This document shows positions 40,905-50,670 of a stretch of 64,000 bases of DNA, one piece after another. The notes under the pieces are model-generated. The model was not told the DNA's origin. It was given only the letters and a program-made list of their open reading frames with translations, and ran no database searches. The DNA is from Patescibacteria group bacterium. GTDB lineage: Bacteria; Patescibacteriota; Patescibacteriia; JAXHNJ01. The number at the start of each line of letters is the position of its first letter. Position 1 is the stretch's first letter. The DNA lies in assembly GCA_041649715.1 (NCBI GenBank), contig JBAZMP010000001.1:515153-579152 (forward strand), in the 5' to 3' direction. The position numbers and the translations under genes are program-made.

Positions 40905-41918
40905 TTATTGCTGATTGGCCGCCGTAGAAATCGCCTCACCGGTCGTTTTATCCCATTTCAGGCCTTTCTTAAAAACATAGACCCTGGCCTTCGCTAATTG
41001 AGCGGTGATATATTCGTCTATATCCTGGGTCATGATCAAGATATGGCTGACTTCCCGGGTCTGAGATTCGCCTTCACCCGTTATATTCAAAACTTTGATA
41101 ATGTGAAAACCGTAAGTAGTGCGAACGAGATCGCTTATCTCTCCTTTTTCGAGCTTAAAAGCGGCTTCTTCAAATTCTGACACCATCTGCCCGCGCGCTA
41201 TCGTGCCAAGATTACCGCCATTTTCAGCGCTGGTCGTATCCTCACTTGAGGTCTTGGCAATACTGGCAAAATCATCAGGATTGGCTCTTACTTCGGCCAA
41301 CACACTATCGGCCTTTTTTTTCGCTTCGATATTATTAGGCAGATTGTCGTCAAAAGATAACTTTTCGGCCAGTTTACTGCGCAAGAGGTAATAATAAACG
41401 ACGTTATCACGGTATTGCTCCGGTGTCCAATTATAAAGGGTCTTTAGAGTGTTAATGGCCGTTGTTTCGTCATCAGACTGAGCCATGATTTTTTGCAGTT
41501 CCTGATCCGACTCTAATTTTGTCACTTTGACCTTGTATTCTTTGGCAAGCTGACGAGTAATCTCATTTCTGATCATTCTTTTTAAGACCGCCTTCTCCAT
41601 GCTCTCCGCGCTGGGAGTCGCTATCCCCGCGTTCTCACTGACGCCGCCTTCTTGATAATAGTGAGCCAAAGTATCCAAATCAAAATTATAGGAGTTAAAG
41701 GTCAAAAACTTATAATCGACCAGAGCCGCGGGATAAGGAACTATTTTTTCCACTTTTTGCGTCCATTTGTCTTGCCAGCTAAACACATAAATTCCCAGGG
41801 CAAAAACCGCGATAAATATAAAGATTAAAGCAATAACAATGATCACTGCCCAGCCAGCCACTCGGCCGGTCTTTTTTGCTCTTACTTCGTCTTTTTTGTT
41901 CTCAATTTCGTTATTCAT
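40905..41918 (-). CDS. PrsA/SurA-like parvulin peptidyl-prolyl isomerase
   Basis: SED...GGNLG, MVSEFE, YGFHII. Confidence 0.9.
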   Translation of the reverse strand: MNNEIENKKDEVRAKKTGRVAGWAVIIVIALIFIFIAVFALGIYVFSWQDKWTQKVEKIVPYPAALVDYKFLTFNSYNFDLDTLAHYYQEGGVSENAGIATPSAESMEKAVLKRMIRNEITRQLAKEYKVKVTKLESDQELQKIMAQSDDETTAINTLKTLYNWTPEQYRDNVVYYYLLRSKLAEKLSFDDNLPNNIEAKKKADSVLAEVRANPDDFASIAKTSSEDTTSAENGGNLGTIARGQMVSEFEEAAFKLEKGEISDLVRTTYGFHIIKVLNITGEGESQTREVSHILIMTQDIDEYITAQLAKARVYVFKKGLKWDKTTGEAISTAANQQ

Positions 41919-41930
41919 TTTAGCTTAATG

Positions 41931-42335
41931 TTAATTTTTAAAAAAATATTGCCACCATTTTTGAGGAGAACTGCTCTGAACGTCCGCATTGGAGGCGGTC
42001 GACTCAATCGAATCAGTGCTAGTGTTGACGTTATTATCTTCGGGTAAAATGATGATATTTTCACCCGGCTTTTTCAGGCCTAATTTAAGCCTCGCCTCCC
42101 TCTCTCGATAAGATTCGCTTTTTAAATAATCTATCAGGGCGGTTAAATCCGTGTTTCTTTTTTCAAGGCTACTGATTTCACTATTCAAAGAAGAAACTCT
42201 CTGGGAAATCTCCACCCGGCGGGCAAATTCCTTGCTCAAGGACACTCCAAAAAAAATCAAAACCGCGATCCCCGTTATGATAAATAATTTGGAAGAGATT
42301 ATTTGGGTGAAAAACGAGCTTTTTTTAAGAGGCAT
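41931..42335 (-). CDS. Septum formation initiator (FtsB/DivIC family)
   Basis: TM, coiled coil and EAR.KLGL.KPGE. Confidence 0.85.
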   Translation of the reverse strand: MPLKKSSFFTQIISSKLFIITGIAVLIFFGVSLSKEFARRVEISQRVSSLNSEISSLEKRNTDLTALIDYLKSESYREREARLKLGLKKPGENIIILPEDNNVNTSTDSIESTASNADVQSSSPQKWWQYFFKN

Positions 42336-42391
42336 GATCGTTTTTGAGATAACTTAACCTATTTTACTACAATTTTGATAATACGTAAAGA

Positions 42392-42991
42392 TTAGGGATG
42401 AAAAAGTTTCTTTATGGCTTCCTCATCGACCTGGGCGTTGATTTTTTGGGCGGCGGTTAATAATTCTTCTTTCGTCAAAACGGTCCCAGCCGGGCGGTAA
42501 TCAGACGTTCTCTGCTGGTCGGTAATCACTTCTTGGACACGGGCGGGATTTTTGATAAAATTAAGCTCCAAGTTGGCGACATTGCCGGCCGTCTGAATTT
42601 GAATGCTGCCAAAATGAAAAATGGTGGCCATTATCCCTTTGATCTTATAGCTTACGTCCTGGATTTTGCTATAGTTGCATTCGGAAACGGTCTTGTTGAA
42701 AAAGCCGTGCTGATCGATATCGATCACCCGCTTGCTGGTGATGACAAAAGTATTTTTTGACCAGATGACCCAGGTTCGAAAAACCAGGAGAGAAACGACC
42801 GACAGGACGACAAAAAATATCAGCACGCCCCACCAGCCTTGGGCAAACAGCAGGGTCAGCAGGAAAAAATCCAAGATAACAAAGACTCCGCCAATCACCA
42901 TGGGGCCGGCCATCGTAATAGGGTGACGGCGCACGACTTGCACCAATATTTCACCTTCTTCTAGGTTTTTGCTATAATTAATAGGGTTCAC
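42392..42991 (-). CDS. Bacterial PH-domain membrane protein
   Basis: RRH, two TMs, ITSKRVI, IQDV, FGSIQIQTAG. Confidence 0.8.
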   Translation of the reverse strand: MNPINYSKNLEEGEILVQVVRRHPITMAGPMVIGGVFVILDFFLLTLLFAQGWWGVLIFFVVLSVVSLLVFRTWVIWSKNTFVITSKRVIDIDQHGFFNKTVSECNYSKIQDVSYKIKGIMATIFHFGSIQIQTAGNVANLELNFIKNPARVQEVITDQQRTSDYRPAGTVLTKEELLTAAQKINAQVDEEAIKKLFHP

Positions 42992-43114
42992 GGGTTGTTA
43001 AATATATGATTTCCAAAAATCAAAAGAAAAATATGAGCCGTATTTGGCTGGTCATCACCATTATTGGCATATTGGCTATGCTTTTTTTCACGATCATGCC
43101 GGCTTTTTACTAAT

Positions 43115-44899
43115 CTATCTTTTTAAAAGCTTCAAATACACTTGGGCGGGAATTTCCACGCTGCCTCTTTCCAGCATCTTCTTCTTGCCCTTTTTTTGTT
43201 TTTCCAGGAGCTTTCTTTTGCGGGTGACATCACCGCCGTAAAGTTTGGCCGTAACGTCTTTTCTCAAGGCGCGCAAGTGGCTGGCGGCGATTATTTGACC
43301 CCCTAAGGCGGCCTGTATTTTCACCACGAACTGCTGCTTGGGTAAAATCTCTTTTAGAGTGTCGACCACTCGCCTGCCCTCGGCATAAGCCTTGCTCCGA
43401 TAGACCAGACTCGCCAAAGCAGGGACCCTTTCTTCTGCCACTAAAATATCCAGTTTTACGAGATCCACCGGCCGGTAATCCAAGAGCTCATAATTAAGAG
43501 AGGCAAACCCCGAACTGGCACTTTTTAGTTTATCATAGAAATCGACTAAAATGGAAGCGAGCGGCATTTCATAATGCAGGATAAGCCGTGAATTCTCGCT
43601 GAAATCCAAATATTCGGTCGCCTTATACAATCCGCAAAAATCATTGAGAAGAGAAAAGATCTGACCGATATATTCTTTAGAAGTGACTATATCCAATTTT
43701 ACAAAAGGCTCTTCGGCTCTTTTGATAAGGCTCGGATTAGGCCACTCCTCCGCGCTATGAATAGTAGTGGCCTCCTCCCGATTTAAAAGAAAGACCTTGT
43801 AGGCGACACTCGGCACGGTCGTTACGACCGGCAGATTGTATTCTCTGGCCAGTCTTTCCTGGACGATTTCCAAATGAAGCAATCCTAAAAATCCGCCGCG
43901 AAAGCCGAAACCCAGGGCGGGCGAATGCTCCGGGACAAATGTTAAAGCGGCGTCGTTCAATTTCAACTTTTCCAAGGCCTCTCTTAATTTTTCATAGCCT
44001 TCGCCGGTCGAGGAATACAGACTGGCATAAACCATCGGTTTGACCTCCTTATAGCCCGGCAAAGGGGGCGTATCGACCCCTTCCTTCATGACCGTATCGC
44101 CCACTCTCACGAGATTTAATTCCTTTAAACCGGAAGCGAGATAACCGATCTGGCCGACGACCAATCTTTCCCCCTTTTTCAATTCCGGCGAAAAACTTCC
44201 GACCTCCAGCACTTCGGTCACTTTTTGACTGGCAAAGAACTTTACGTGCGTTGAAGCCCTCACTTCTCCGGACATCACGCGGATAAAGGCGACCACCCCC
44301 CGATATTCATCATACTGGGAATCAAAGATCAAAGCTTGAAACGCTCCCTCGCGCTCGCCCTTTGGCGCCGGAACATCTTTTATTATCCGGTCCAGTATCG
44401 GCGCAATATTGTCCCCTCTTTTCGCTGATATCCTTAAGATAGTGTCTGGGGGAACGCCGAGCAGCTGACTTAATTCTTTAGCCGTTCTCTCCACTTCCGC
44501 GTTCGGCAAATCGATTTTATTAACGACGGGAATTATCGTTAAATTGTGCTCAAGCGCCAGGTAGAGATTGCCCAGAGTTTGCGCCTGTATCCCCTGAGTG
44601 GCGTCAACCAACAAGACCGCTCCTTCGACGGCAGCCAGGGAACGGGAAACTTCATAGGTAAAATCCACGTGGCCGGGCGTATCGATCAGATTCAATTCAA
44701 AATCCTTATAATTAAGCTTGACCGGCTGTAATTTTATGGTGATGCCCCTTTCCCTTTCCAGATCCATCTGATCCAGATATTGTTCGCGCATTTTCCTTTC
44801 CGGTATTTGATGGGTGATATCCAAAAAACGGTCGGCCAGGGTGGATTTTCCGTGATCAATATGCGCGATTATGCAGAAGTTGCGAATATTCTCAGACAT
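43115..44899 (-). CDS. lepA: Elongation factor 4 (LepA); true start MSENIRNF at 44899
   Basis: AHIDHGKSTLADR, DTPGH, NKID, RKDVTAKLYGGD. Confidence 0.97.
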   Translation of the reverse strand: MSENIRNFCIIAHIDHGKSTLADRFLDITHQIPERKMREQYLDQMDLERERGITIKLQPVKLNYKDFELNLIDTPGHVDFTYEVSRSLAAVEGAVLLVDATQGIQAQTLGNLYLALEHNLTIIPVVNKIDLPNAEVERTAKELSQLLGVPPDTILRISAKRGDNIAPILDRIIKDVPAPKGEREGAFQALIFDSQYDEYRGVVAFIRVMSGEVRASTHVKFFASQKVTEVLEVGSFSPELKKGERLVVGQIGYLASGLKELNLVRVGDTVMKEGVDTPPLPGYKEVKPMVYASLYSSTGEGYEKLREALEKLKLNDAALTFVPEHSPALGFGFRGGFLGLLHLEIVQERLAREYNLPVVTTVPSVAYKVFLLNREEATTIHSAEEWPNPSLIKRAEEPFVKLDIVTSKEYIGQIFSLLNDFCGLYKATEYLDFSENSRLILHYEMPLASILVDFYDKLKSASSGFASLNYELLDYRPVDLVKLDILVAEERVPALASLVYRSKAYAEGRRVVDTLKEILPKQQFVVKIQAALGGQIIAASHLRALRKDVTAKLYGGDVTRKRKLLEKQKKGKKKMLERGSVEIPAQVYLKLLKR

Positions 44900-44904
44900 A
44901 TAAA

Positions 44905-44979
44905 TTAAATATATTTGTCCATCCTGAGCCGAGCCGAAGGATGAGCGATAATGCAAAAATTGCGGATATTACTGCTCAT
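44905..44979 (-). pseudogene. Duplicate lepA N-terminus (MSSNIRNFCIIAH) truncated at a REP-like palindrome
   Basis: 11 consecutive residues (NIRNFCIIAH plus start) match lepA; catcctgagccgagccgaaggatg hairpin at the break. Confidence 0.8.
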
Positions 44980-46600
44980 GTCCGTTTTCCTCGTTATTTT
45001 CGATCTCTTTTTTCTTCTTGAACAGCCACTGGCGCAAGATGGAAATCTCGTCAAAATGAAAGATAAAAGCGATCGCCAGATAAACCAAGACGCCGACCGC
45101 TCCGGCAACCACGCCTTCCAGCAGAACGCCGACAAAAGTCTGCATATTAAGGCCTAAAACCAGGAATCTCTTGACCAGCCAGATGACGCCGCCCATAAAA
45201 AAAGAGGCTAATAAAATCCTGACCGTCGAATTGATGATTTTTTTGTCATCCAGATCGCCGAATCGGCGGCGCAATACCAAGATAAGAAGCGCCATATTAA
45301 CCAGATTGGAAATAGAAAATGAAAGAGCCAAGCCCAAAATTCCCATATAGCGGCTCAGAATGACAGAACCCAATATATTTATCAGGAGCGAGACAACGCT
45401 TATCTTTACCGGCGTTTTCGTATCCTGGTGGGCGTAAAATGACCGCGCCAGCATCGGAATAAGACTTTGGGCGAAAAGAGAAAGAGAAAAATAACCCAAG
45501 GCTTGAGCGGTCAAATATGTATCCTGCCAGTCAAAAGCGCCGGCCCCCAAGATTACCCGGACGATCTGCGCCCTCAGCAAGATAAACAACACCGAAGCGG
45601 GAATGATTAAGAACAAGACCCGGCGCAGGGTGACAGAAAACTGGACAACAAATTTATCCGTTTCGCGGGCGGCAAAAGCCTCGCTCATCAGGGGAAAAGC
45701 AGCGATGGCCAGGGAAACACCGATAACATTGATCGGGAAACTCTGCAGATTATTCGCCAGGTTAAATACGGCGAGCGAACCGGCCGCTAAAAAAGAAGCG
45801 ATGACCGTGATCACGAGCTGATTTATCTGCCCCACGGCCAGTCCAAAAGTTCGGGGTAAAATCAGGCGGAACATTTTTCTGACGCCGGGATGTTTAAAGT
45901 CAAAAAGCCATTGGTAACGGAAACCGGTTTTCAAAACCGAAGGCACTTGAATGGCTAAATGCAAAAAAGCGCCGACCACAACGCCCCAGGCTAAACCCTC
46001 CACGCCCCACCATTTATAAAAAAGGAGAATTCCGAAAATAATGCCGATGTTGTACATCACCGGCGCGAAGGCAAAGGCCAGAAACTTGCGGAATGAATTC
46101 AGGATACTGCCGAAAATATTGGAGATTCCAAAAATAAAAATGGAAGCCAACATGATCCGCGTCAGATCCACGGTCATGGCCTGTTTGACCGGGGAAAATC
46201 CCGGAGTGATAAGACGCGTAATGGGTGTGGCAAAAATAAAAAAGAACAAACCCAAAACAAGCAATATCAGGCAAATAATGTTTAGAACGGAATTGGCGAT
46301 CCGCCAAGCTTCTTTAGTGCTAAAATTTGCCTCTTTATCCTTTTGCCAGTATTCCAAAAAAACCGGGATAAAAGCGGCCGAAAGTGCCCCTAATACCAAA
46401 ACGTTGAAGATCAAATCCGGCAGGCGGAAAGCCGCGTAATAACTGTCCAAAATGTCCCCCGCCCCAAAGGTAGAGGCGAACAAACGGTCACGTAACAATC
46501 CCAAGAGCCGGGATACAATCGAAGCGAAAGCGATGATAATCGCGCCGCCGGCCACCGTCGTTTGTAATTTATGCCAAATTCTCCTTAACATAATAGCCAA
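44969..46600 (-). CDS. murJ: Lipid II flippase MurJ
   Basis: SRLLGLLRD, AAFRLPD, RSFYAHQDTKTP. Confidence 0.95.
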   Translation of the reverse strand: MAIMLRRIWHKLQTTVAGGAIIIAFASIVSRLLGLLRDRLFASTFGAGDILDSYYAAFRLPDLIFNVLVLGALSAAFIPVFLEYWQKDKEANFSTKEAWRIANSVLNIICLILLVLGLFFFIFATPITRLITPGFSPVKQAMTVDLTRIMLASIFIFGISNIFGSILNSFRKFLAFAFAPVMYNIGIIFGILLFYKWWGVEGLAWGVVVGAFLHLAIQVPSVLKTGFRYQWLFDFKHPGVRKMFRLILPRTFGLAVGQINQLVITVIASFLAAGSLAVFNLANNLQSFPINVIGVSLAIAAFPLMSEAFAARETDKFVVQFSVTLRRVLFLIIPASVLFILLRAQIVRVILGAGAFDWQDTYLTAQALGYFSLSLFAQSLIPMLARSFYAHQDTKTPVKISVVSLLINILGSVILSRYMGILGLALSFSISNLVNMALLILVLRRRFGDLDDKKIINSTVRILLASFFMGGVIWLVKRFLVLGLNMQTFVGVLLEGVVAGAVGVLVYLAIAFIFHFDEISILRQWLFKKKKEIENNEENGHEQ

Positions 46601-46688
46601 ATTTTAGCAGAATTTTGGCTTTTTGACAACTTGCCGTCTTTTTCAAAAATCAGTTTAGGTGGCTTAAAAGAACCATTTTTATGTAAAA

Positions 46689-46832
46689 ACCAATAACCAA
46701 GAAACAAGAGAAAACAATGTCAATATTCAATATTCAATTTTCAAACTGTTAAGCGGCAAAAAGCGTTTGGTTATTGAGATTTGAAATTTAAATATTATTT
46801 GGAATACTTGTATCTTGTCTCTTGTTTCTTAA
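46689..46832. repeat. AT-rich heptamer-repeat inverted hairpin
   Basis: aagaaacaagag...caatattcaatattcaattttcaaac versus gtttggttattgagatttg...ctcttgtttctt. Confidence 0.6.
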
Positions 46833-46844
46833 CCAAAAAGCTGC

Positions 46845-46980
46845 CTATAAGCTTTGTCAATTTGAGAATGACTGTTCAGTAGCTTTGCTCCAGAAACTTT
46901 TGGTCCCTGAAACAAGAGGAGAGAGATTTGCTATTGCCACAGAAATTCTTGATTTTAGGCTTATAGACAGCTTTCTGTCT
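46845..46980 (-). ncRNA. Candidate rod-shaped ncRNA of about 130 nt with its own promoter
   Basis: TTGACA-18-TATATT at 46983-47012; closing stem AGCUGUCUAUAAGC/GCUUAUAGGCAGCU followed by UUUU; internal G-U-rich stems. Confidence 0.55.
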
Positions 46981-47112
46981 TCAATATAGAACACTATTGA
47001 AGAATTTGTCAAGAAGGTTTTTTAAAAGAACCTCGTCTTAAGCTTACTAATTAGATAAATAAGCTTGAGAAGAGGGGGAAGACGCAACAAGGGTCTTCCC
47101 CGCGAACAAGAA

Positions 47113-47553
47113 CTATTCATTGGCCGCTTTCAAAAATTCAGCGGCTTTCTGGACCGCACCCAGGGTCACGGTTTCCCACACTTCAACGCCCTTGAAACCG
47201 AGGCGAACCACTTGATAACCAGTTACTTCGCCCGCGTTGATAATCGGAACGTACCCGATCTCACCGCAGAGCTTCACGCGGCCGAGTCGTATTGCTTCCC
47301 GCCAGGGGAAGAATCGATTCTTTGTCCGACCGAGATATCTGTCTAGGATGATGCCGAGGCTGCGACCGCCCCTGTCTTGCAAACTAATCATAAACAAACT
47401 GTACGGCAGACGACCGTTTTCCCGAAAAAAATCCAGCACCGCCAACGAGAGGACGGCTTTATAATTCTGCAGCTCGCCATTGCTGTAGGAATAGACAAGC
47501 AGCACAAGAACGCAGATCACGGCGAGAATAGCGACGACCATCAAAGCGATCAT
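47113..47553 (-). CDS. Array ORF, pilin/GspG-like topology
   Basis: GGAGG RBS; long N-terminal hydrophobic helix then AVLDFFRENGRLP. Confidence 0.6.
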   Translation of the reverse strand: MIALMVVAILAVICVLVLLVYSYSNGELQNYKAVLSLAVLDFFRENGRLPYSLFMISLQDRGGRSLGIILDRYLGRTKNRFFPWREAIRLGRVKLCGEIGYVPIINAGEVTGYQVVRLGFKGVEVWETVTLGAVQKAAEFLKAANE

Positions 47554-47596
47554 GACATATTACCTCCGAATCAAGTTGTAACGACATAAAGCAGTA

Positions 47597-47785
47597 TTAG
47601 TCGCGAGGCTTCCACTCCCGGTAAAACACGCTGAAGACAATATATGTCAAAAAGCCGGCATAAAAACACAGGATGGCCGCCCAAAGATTGAATCCCTTAA
47701 GCGCCATAAAGGTCTTAACCGCAGAAATTAGGAACAGAAGCAATACCGCAATCGAGAAATACTTTTTACCTGACATTTCAACCAT
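47597..47785 (-). CDS. Array ORF, small two-TM protein
   Basis: Two hydrophobic segments, co-oriented with the array. Confidence 0.55.
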   Translation of the reverse strand: MVEMSGKKYFSIAVLLLFLISAVKTFMALKGFNLWAAILCFYAGFLTYIVFSVFYREWKPRD

Positions 47786-47913
47786 CCCCTTTTGATGATG
47801 TTTCTATGTTTTAAAAGATCCGTCTTAAGCCACAAGATTTTCTTATGACTTAGGAGGGACGGGCGCAGAGCAAGAATAAAAACTTGTCCGCGCCCGGGAA
47901 AAAAGGGAATGAA

Positions 47914-48333
47914 CTACTCGTTTTCCCAGGGGTGATAGCAGTAGGCAACCACATAGTCACGCAGATGCCAATCGATGTAGACATCATAGCCGTCAAGCCC
48001 CAGGGCGGAAACGTCGGCCAGGCCGATCTCGCTGCCGTGAAAGGTAATCTTGCGATTGCCCTCGGACAGCACCAGGCTGTTTCGCAAATCTTTTTGGTCA
48101 AAACTATCTAGGACCGTTTCGAAAATCGTCCGGCCATCAGACAGTTTCGCCAGCAAATTTGCCGGCAAAATACTGTTGGTCAGACGGTATTCCTCGCAAG
48201 AGGAAAAGACTTGCTCGGCAATCAGCCGACACTCGTCTGCCTCTTTACTGAGGTTCATATTCGCCGCAAGCATGTACGCCAGGCTTAACACGACGATAAT
48301 GATCACGGTAAGAAGGAAAGTCCGGTAAGACAT
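47914..48333 (-). CDS. Array ORF, pilin-like topology
   Basis: GGAGG RBS; N-terminal TM then EEYRLTNSILP. Confidence 0.6.
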   Translation of the reverse strand: MSYRTFLLTVIIIVVLSLAYMLAANMNLSKEADECRLIAEQVFSSCEEYRLTNSILPANLLAKLSDGRTIFETVLDSFDQKDLRNSLVLSEGNRKITFHGSEIGLADVSALGLDGYDVYIDWHLRDYVVAYCYHPWENE

Positions 48334-48482
48334 TACTAACCTCCGTTCGCTAAGAATGAATGGTTACTTTCAATGAACTCTCTTGAGCCTGCCAATATTA
48401 ATTGCCAGACTCGAGAGAGCGGGCCAAGACTTGAAGTGCCTGGCCCGAAGAACAAATCGCGAATACCGAAACATGACATGTC

Positions 48483-48917
48483 TCAGAACTGTTTGGATGA
48501 TTTAGCAACACATTCAACACCGAACATAATCAGCAGACAGACGGGACCAAAGAATAAGAGAGCGGGGGCTGGCGGATATTGACGTGCGATGAGAATAAGA
48601 ACGCCGGCGACGATGATCAGGAATAAGCCGAAGTAGAACCAGTGCCTGCGATGTCTAAGCGGCCGGTACTTACGCACTGCCGCAACGAGTCCCTCAAGCA
48701 ATTTATTGAAGGCTCCGGCCGCGACGAAGATCAGAAAAAACAGCGCCAAAGCGATCATTTCCCGCTCAATAATGAGAAGAAAAACCCCGCCGGCGAAACA
48801 GAGAAAAACAACGACGCACAGAACCCAGGAAAACGGCATGGCCATCACATAATGCATGGCTATCATCGCCATTACCGTGGCAAACAGACCCAGACACAGC
48901 AGAGCAAAGTGTCTCAT
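48483..48917 (-). CDS. Array ORF, multi-TM membrane protein
   Basis: GGAGG RBS; topology resembles 51313 and 52873 ORFs. Confidence 0.65.
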   Translation of the reverse strand: MRHFALLCLGLFATVMAMIAMHYVMAMPFSWVLCVVVFLCFAGGVFLLIIEREMIALALFFLIFVAAGAFNKLLEGLVAAVRKYRPLRHRRHWFYFGLFLIIVAGVLILIARQYPPAPALLFFGPVCLLIMFGVECVAKSSKQF

Positions 48918-49068
48918 TTTGCTACCTCCGCAAAGTTAGGGGCGACTTTTTATTGACTACTCAATGTACTCTCTTGAGTCTGCCAAACTAGTGTTTGCCA
49001 AACTCGAGAGAATGGAGGAGAAAAAGAGGAAGACCTCTCCTTCTCCTCCGTATTTACAGAACGACTTC

Positions 49069-49494
49069 TCAGGGAACGGGCGGCGTGCGATCGATCAGCT
49101 GATCGACGTTTCCGTCACCCCCCAAGACGTAAAGAACATAGCCCGAGGCATGGTTCGGATTTTCCGAAGCCGGCTGATACTTCAGGGCGCCGGGCTGGAA
49201 AATCGAAGTACGGTTGTCCCAGTCGCGCGGCTCGCTGTGACGCAGCGTGTAGGGATTAACCAGCTTCTCGCCCTTGGGCAAGAACTGGACCATCTCCCCT
49301 GCGGTCATGGGATACGTGCTGTGCAAACGGTAATAGGCCGAGAGGGCCTTTTCCGTCTGATCGCAGTTCTGCTTGACGACCTTGTCCACGGCCTGGTCGT
49401 AGTGGTTGAGGGCCGGCGGAAGAACGCCGAAGAAAAGAATGACAACGACAGCGATTGCCGCGACGACGATAGTCGACCTCTGAATTCTGGTCAT
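49069..49494 (-). CDS. Array ORF, type IV pilin/GspG-like
   Basis: N-terminal hydrophobic helix ending LPP, ALSAYY....YP, NPYT, C-terminal YVLYVLG strand. Confidence 0.65.
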   Translation of the reverse strand: MTRIQRSTIVVAAIAVVVILFFGVLPPALNHYDQAVDKVVKQNCDQTEKALSAYYRLHSTYPMTAGEMVQFLPKGEKLVNPYTLRHSEPRDWDNRTSIFQPGALKYQPASENPNHASGYVLYVLGGDGNVDQLIDRTPPVP

Positions 49495-49762
49495 CTGGAC
49501 CTCCTCTAACCAGGTTAAGTGAAACTTCGTAACACTCTGCCTTATTTAGCAATTGGCAGCGGCATGATTATTAGCATATGACATATGGCTTATAGCTTAG
49601 AGATAAATTGCTTATCGCAAACCATAAGCCATAAGCTATGTGCCAACTAACAACCAACCCGCTGCCAACCTTTTTGTAATGTGCTCTCTTGAGCCTGCCA
49701 ATTTTACTTGCCAGACTCAAGGGAAGGAGAGAAGCGGCTTGCCTCTCTCCGATGAATTAGCG

Positions 49763-50110
49763 TTACTTGATAAAGAGCGTGGAAGCTCGTGGCGCGGTCC
49801 GACAACGCATGTAGACGACTTCCGTCACCTTGACTTCCGCTCCATAAAGAATGTTTCGGTACGGGACGACGAACACGGTAAAAAGACAGCGATCACTCCA
49901 TCTCATGACCACGACGACTCCCATATCAAGACCCACCAAGTGTTGTACGTCGCTGAAAGTCGTAAATGAATCATCGGAAGAAAAGTCAGAAACTCTCATA
50001 TGTTTCTGCTCCTGGAGCTGCTTTTGAAGCTCTTCTCCCGTCCGCTGGTGTTTACAACCCGCCGAAAGCGTCAAAACAGCCGCCAGCAGGACAAACAACA
50101 TAGTTCTCAT
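49763..50110 (-). CDS. Array ORF, lipoprotein
   Basis: GGAGG RBS; lipobox LSAGC. Confidence 0.65.
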   Translation of the reverse strand: MRTMLFVLLAAVLTLSAGCKHQRTGEELQKQLQEQKHMRVSDFSSDDSFTTFSDVQHLVGLDMGVVVVMRWSDRCLFTVFVVPYRNILYGAEVKVTEVVYMRCRTAPRASTLFIK

Positions 50111-50267
50111 CAGGAAACCTCCCTTTCGCTTGAAAGACTTCAAGTATTTACTACTACTCTTAAATTCGCAACGAGCTCGCTTGAGCCTGCCAAACTATTA
50201 TTTGTCAGACTCGAGTGAATGGGCCAAACCGAGGAGGTCTGGCCCAAGGAGCGAAGGTGAAAGAGTC

Positions 50268-50534
50268 TCAGCCTTTAACGGCATGAAACTCTCCCTCATA
50301 TACGAAATAGCGACGAACACACTTCTTGCATTCCAGATAATCAACGGCAACGACTGATTGTGATCCGGTAAATGAATTCTTCATAGCCAGATCACACTTA
50401 GACTCGCGCCAATCCGGACGATGAATACCGGAGCTGGTAATGTGGATCGTGGTCTTGAAAAGGCGTTGCATAATCATCGAAACAACGACCCCCACTATTA
50501 CCAACAAAATAGCAACCAACGCGAACTCTTTCAT
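50268..50534 (-). CDS. Array ORF, membrane-anchored protein with CKKC
   Basis: AAGGAGG RBS before MKEFAL. Confidence 0.6.
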   Translation of the reverse strand: MKEFALVAILLVIVGVVVSMIMQRLFKTTIHITSSGIHRPDWRESKCDLAMKNSFTGSQSVVAVDYLECKKCVRRYFVYEGEFHAVKG

Positions 50535-50670
50535 TTCTATCCTCCTTAGAGAGATAAACTCCAGATTTCGATTATTCAATGTGCTCTCTTAAATAAACCA
50601 ACAACATTTGATTTACTAAAGAGATGAGGGAACGCACTTCCTATTAAGAAGGGTTCCCTCGGTTGTGCGA

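Noticed and set aside
44900-44956. N-terminal extension of LepA (MHYRSS...)
   Set aside because: It derives from the duplicated fragment and palindrome; the conserved start is MSENIRNF at 44899
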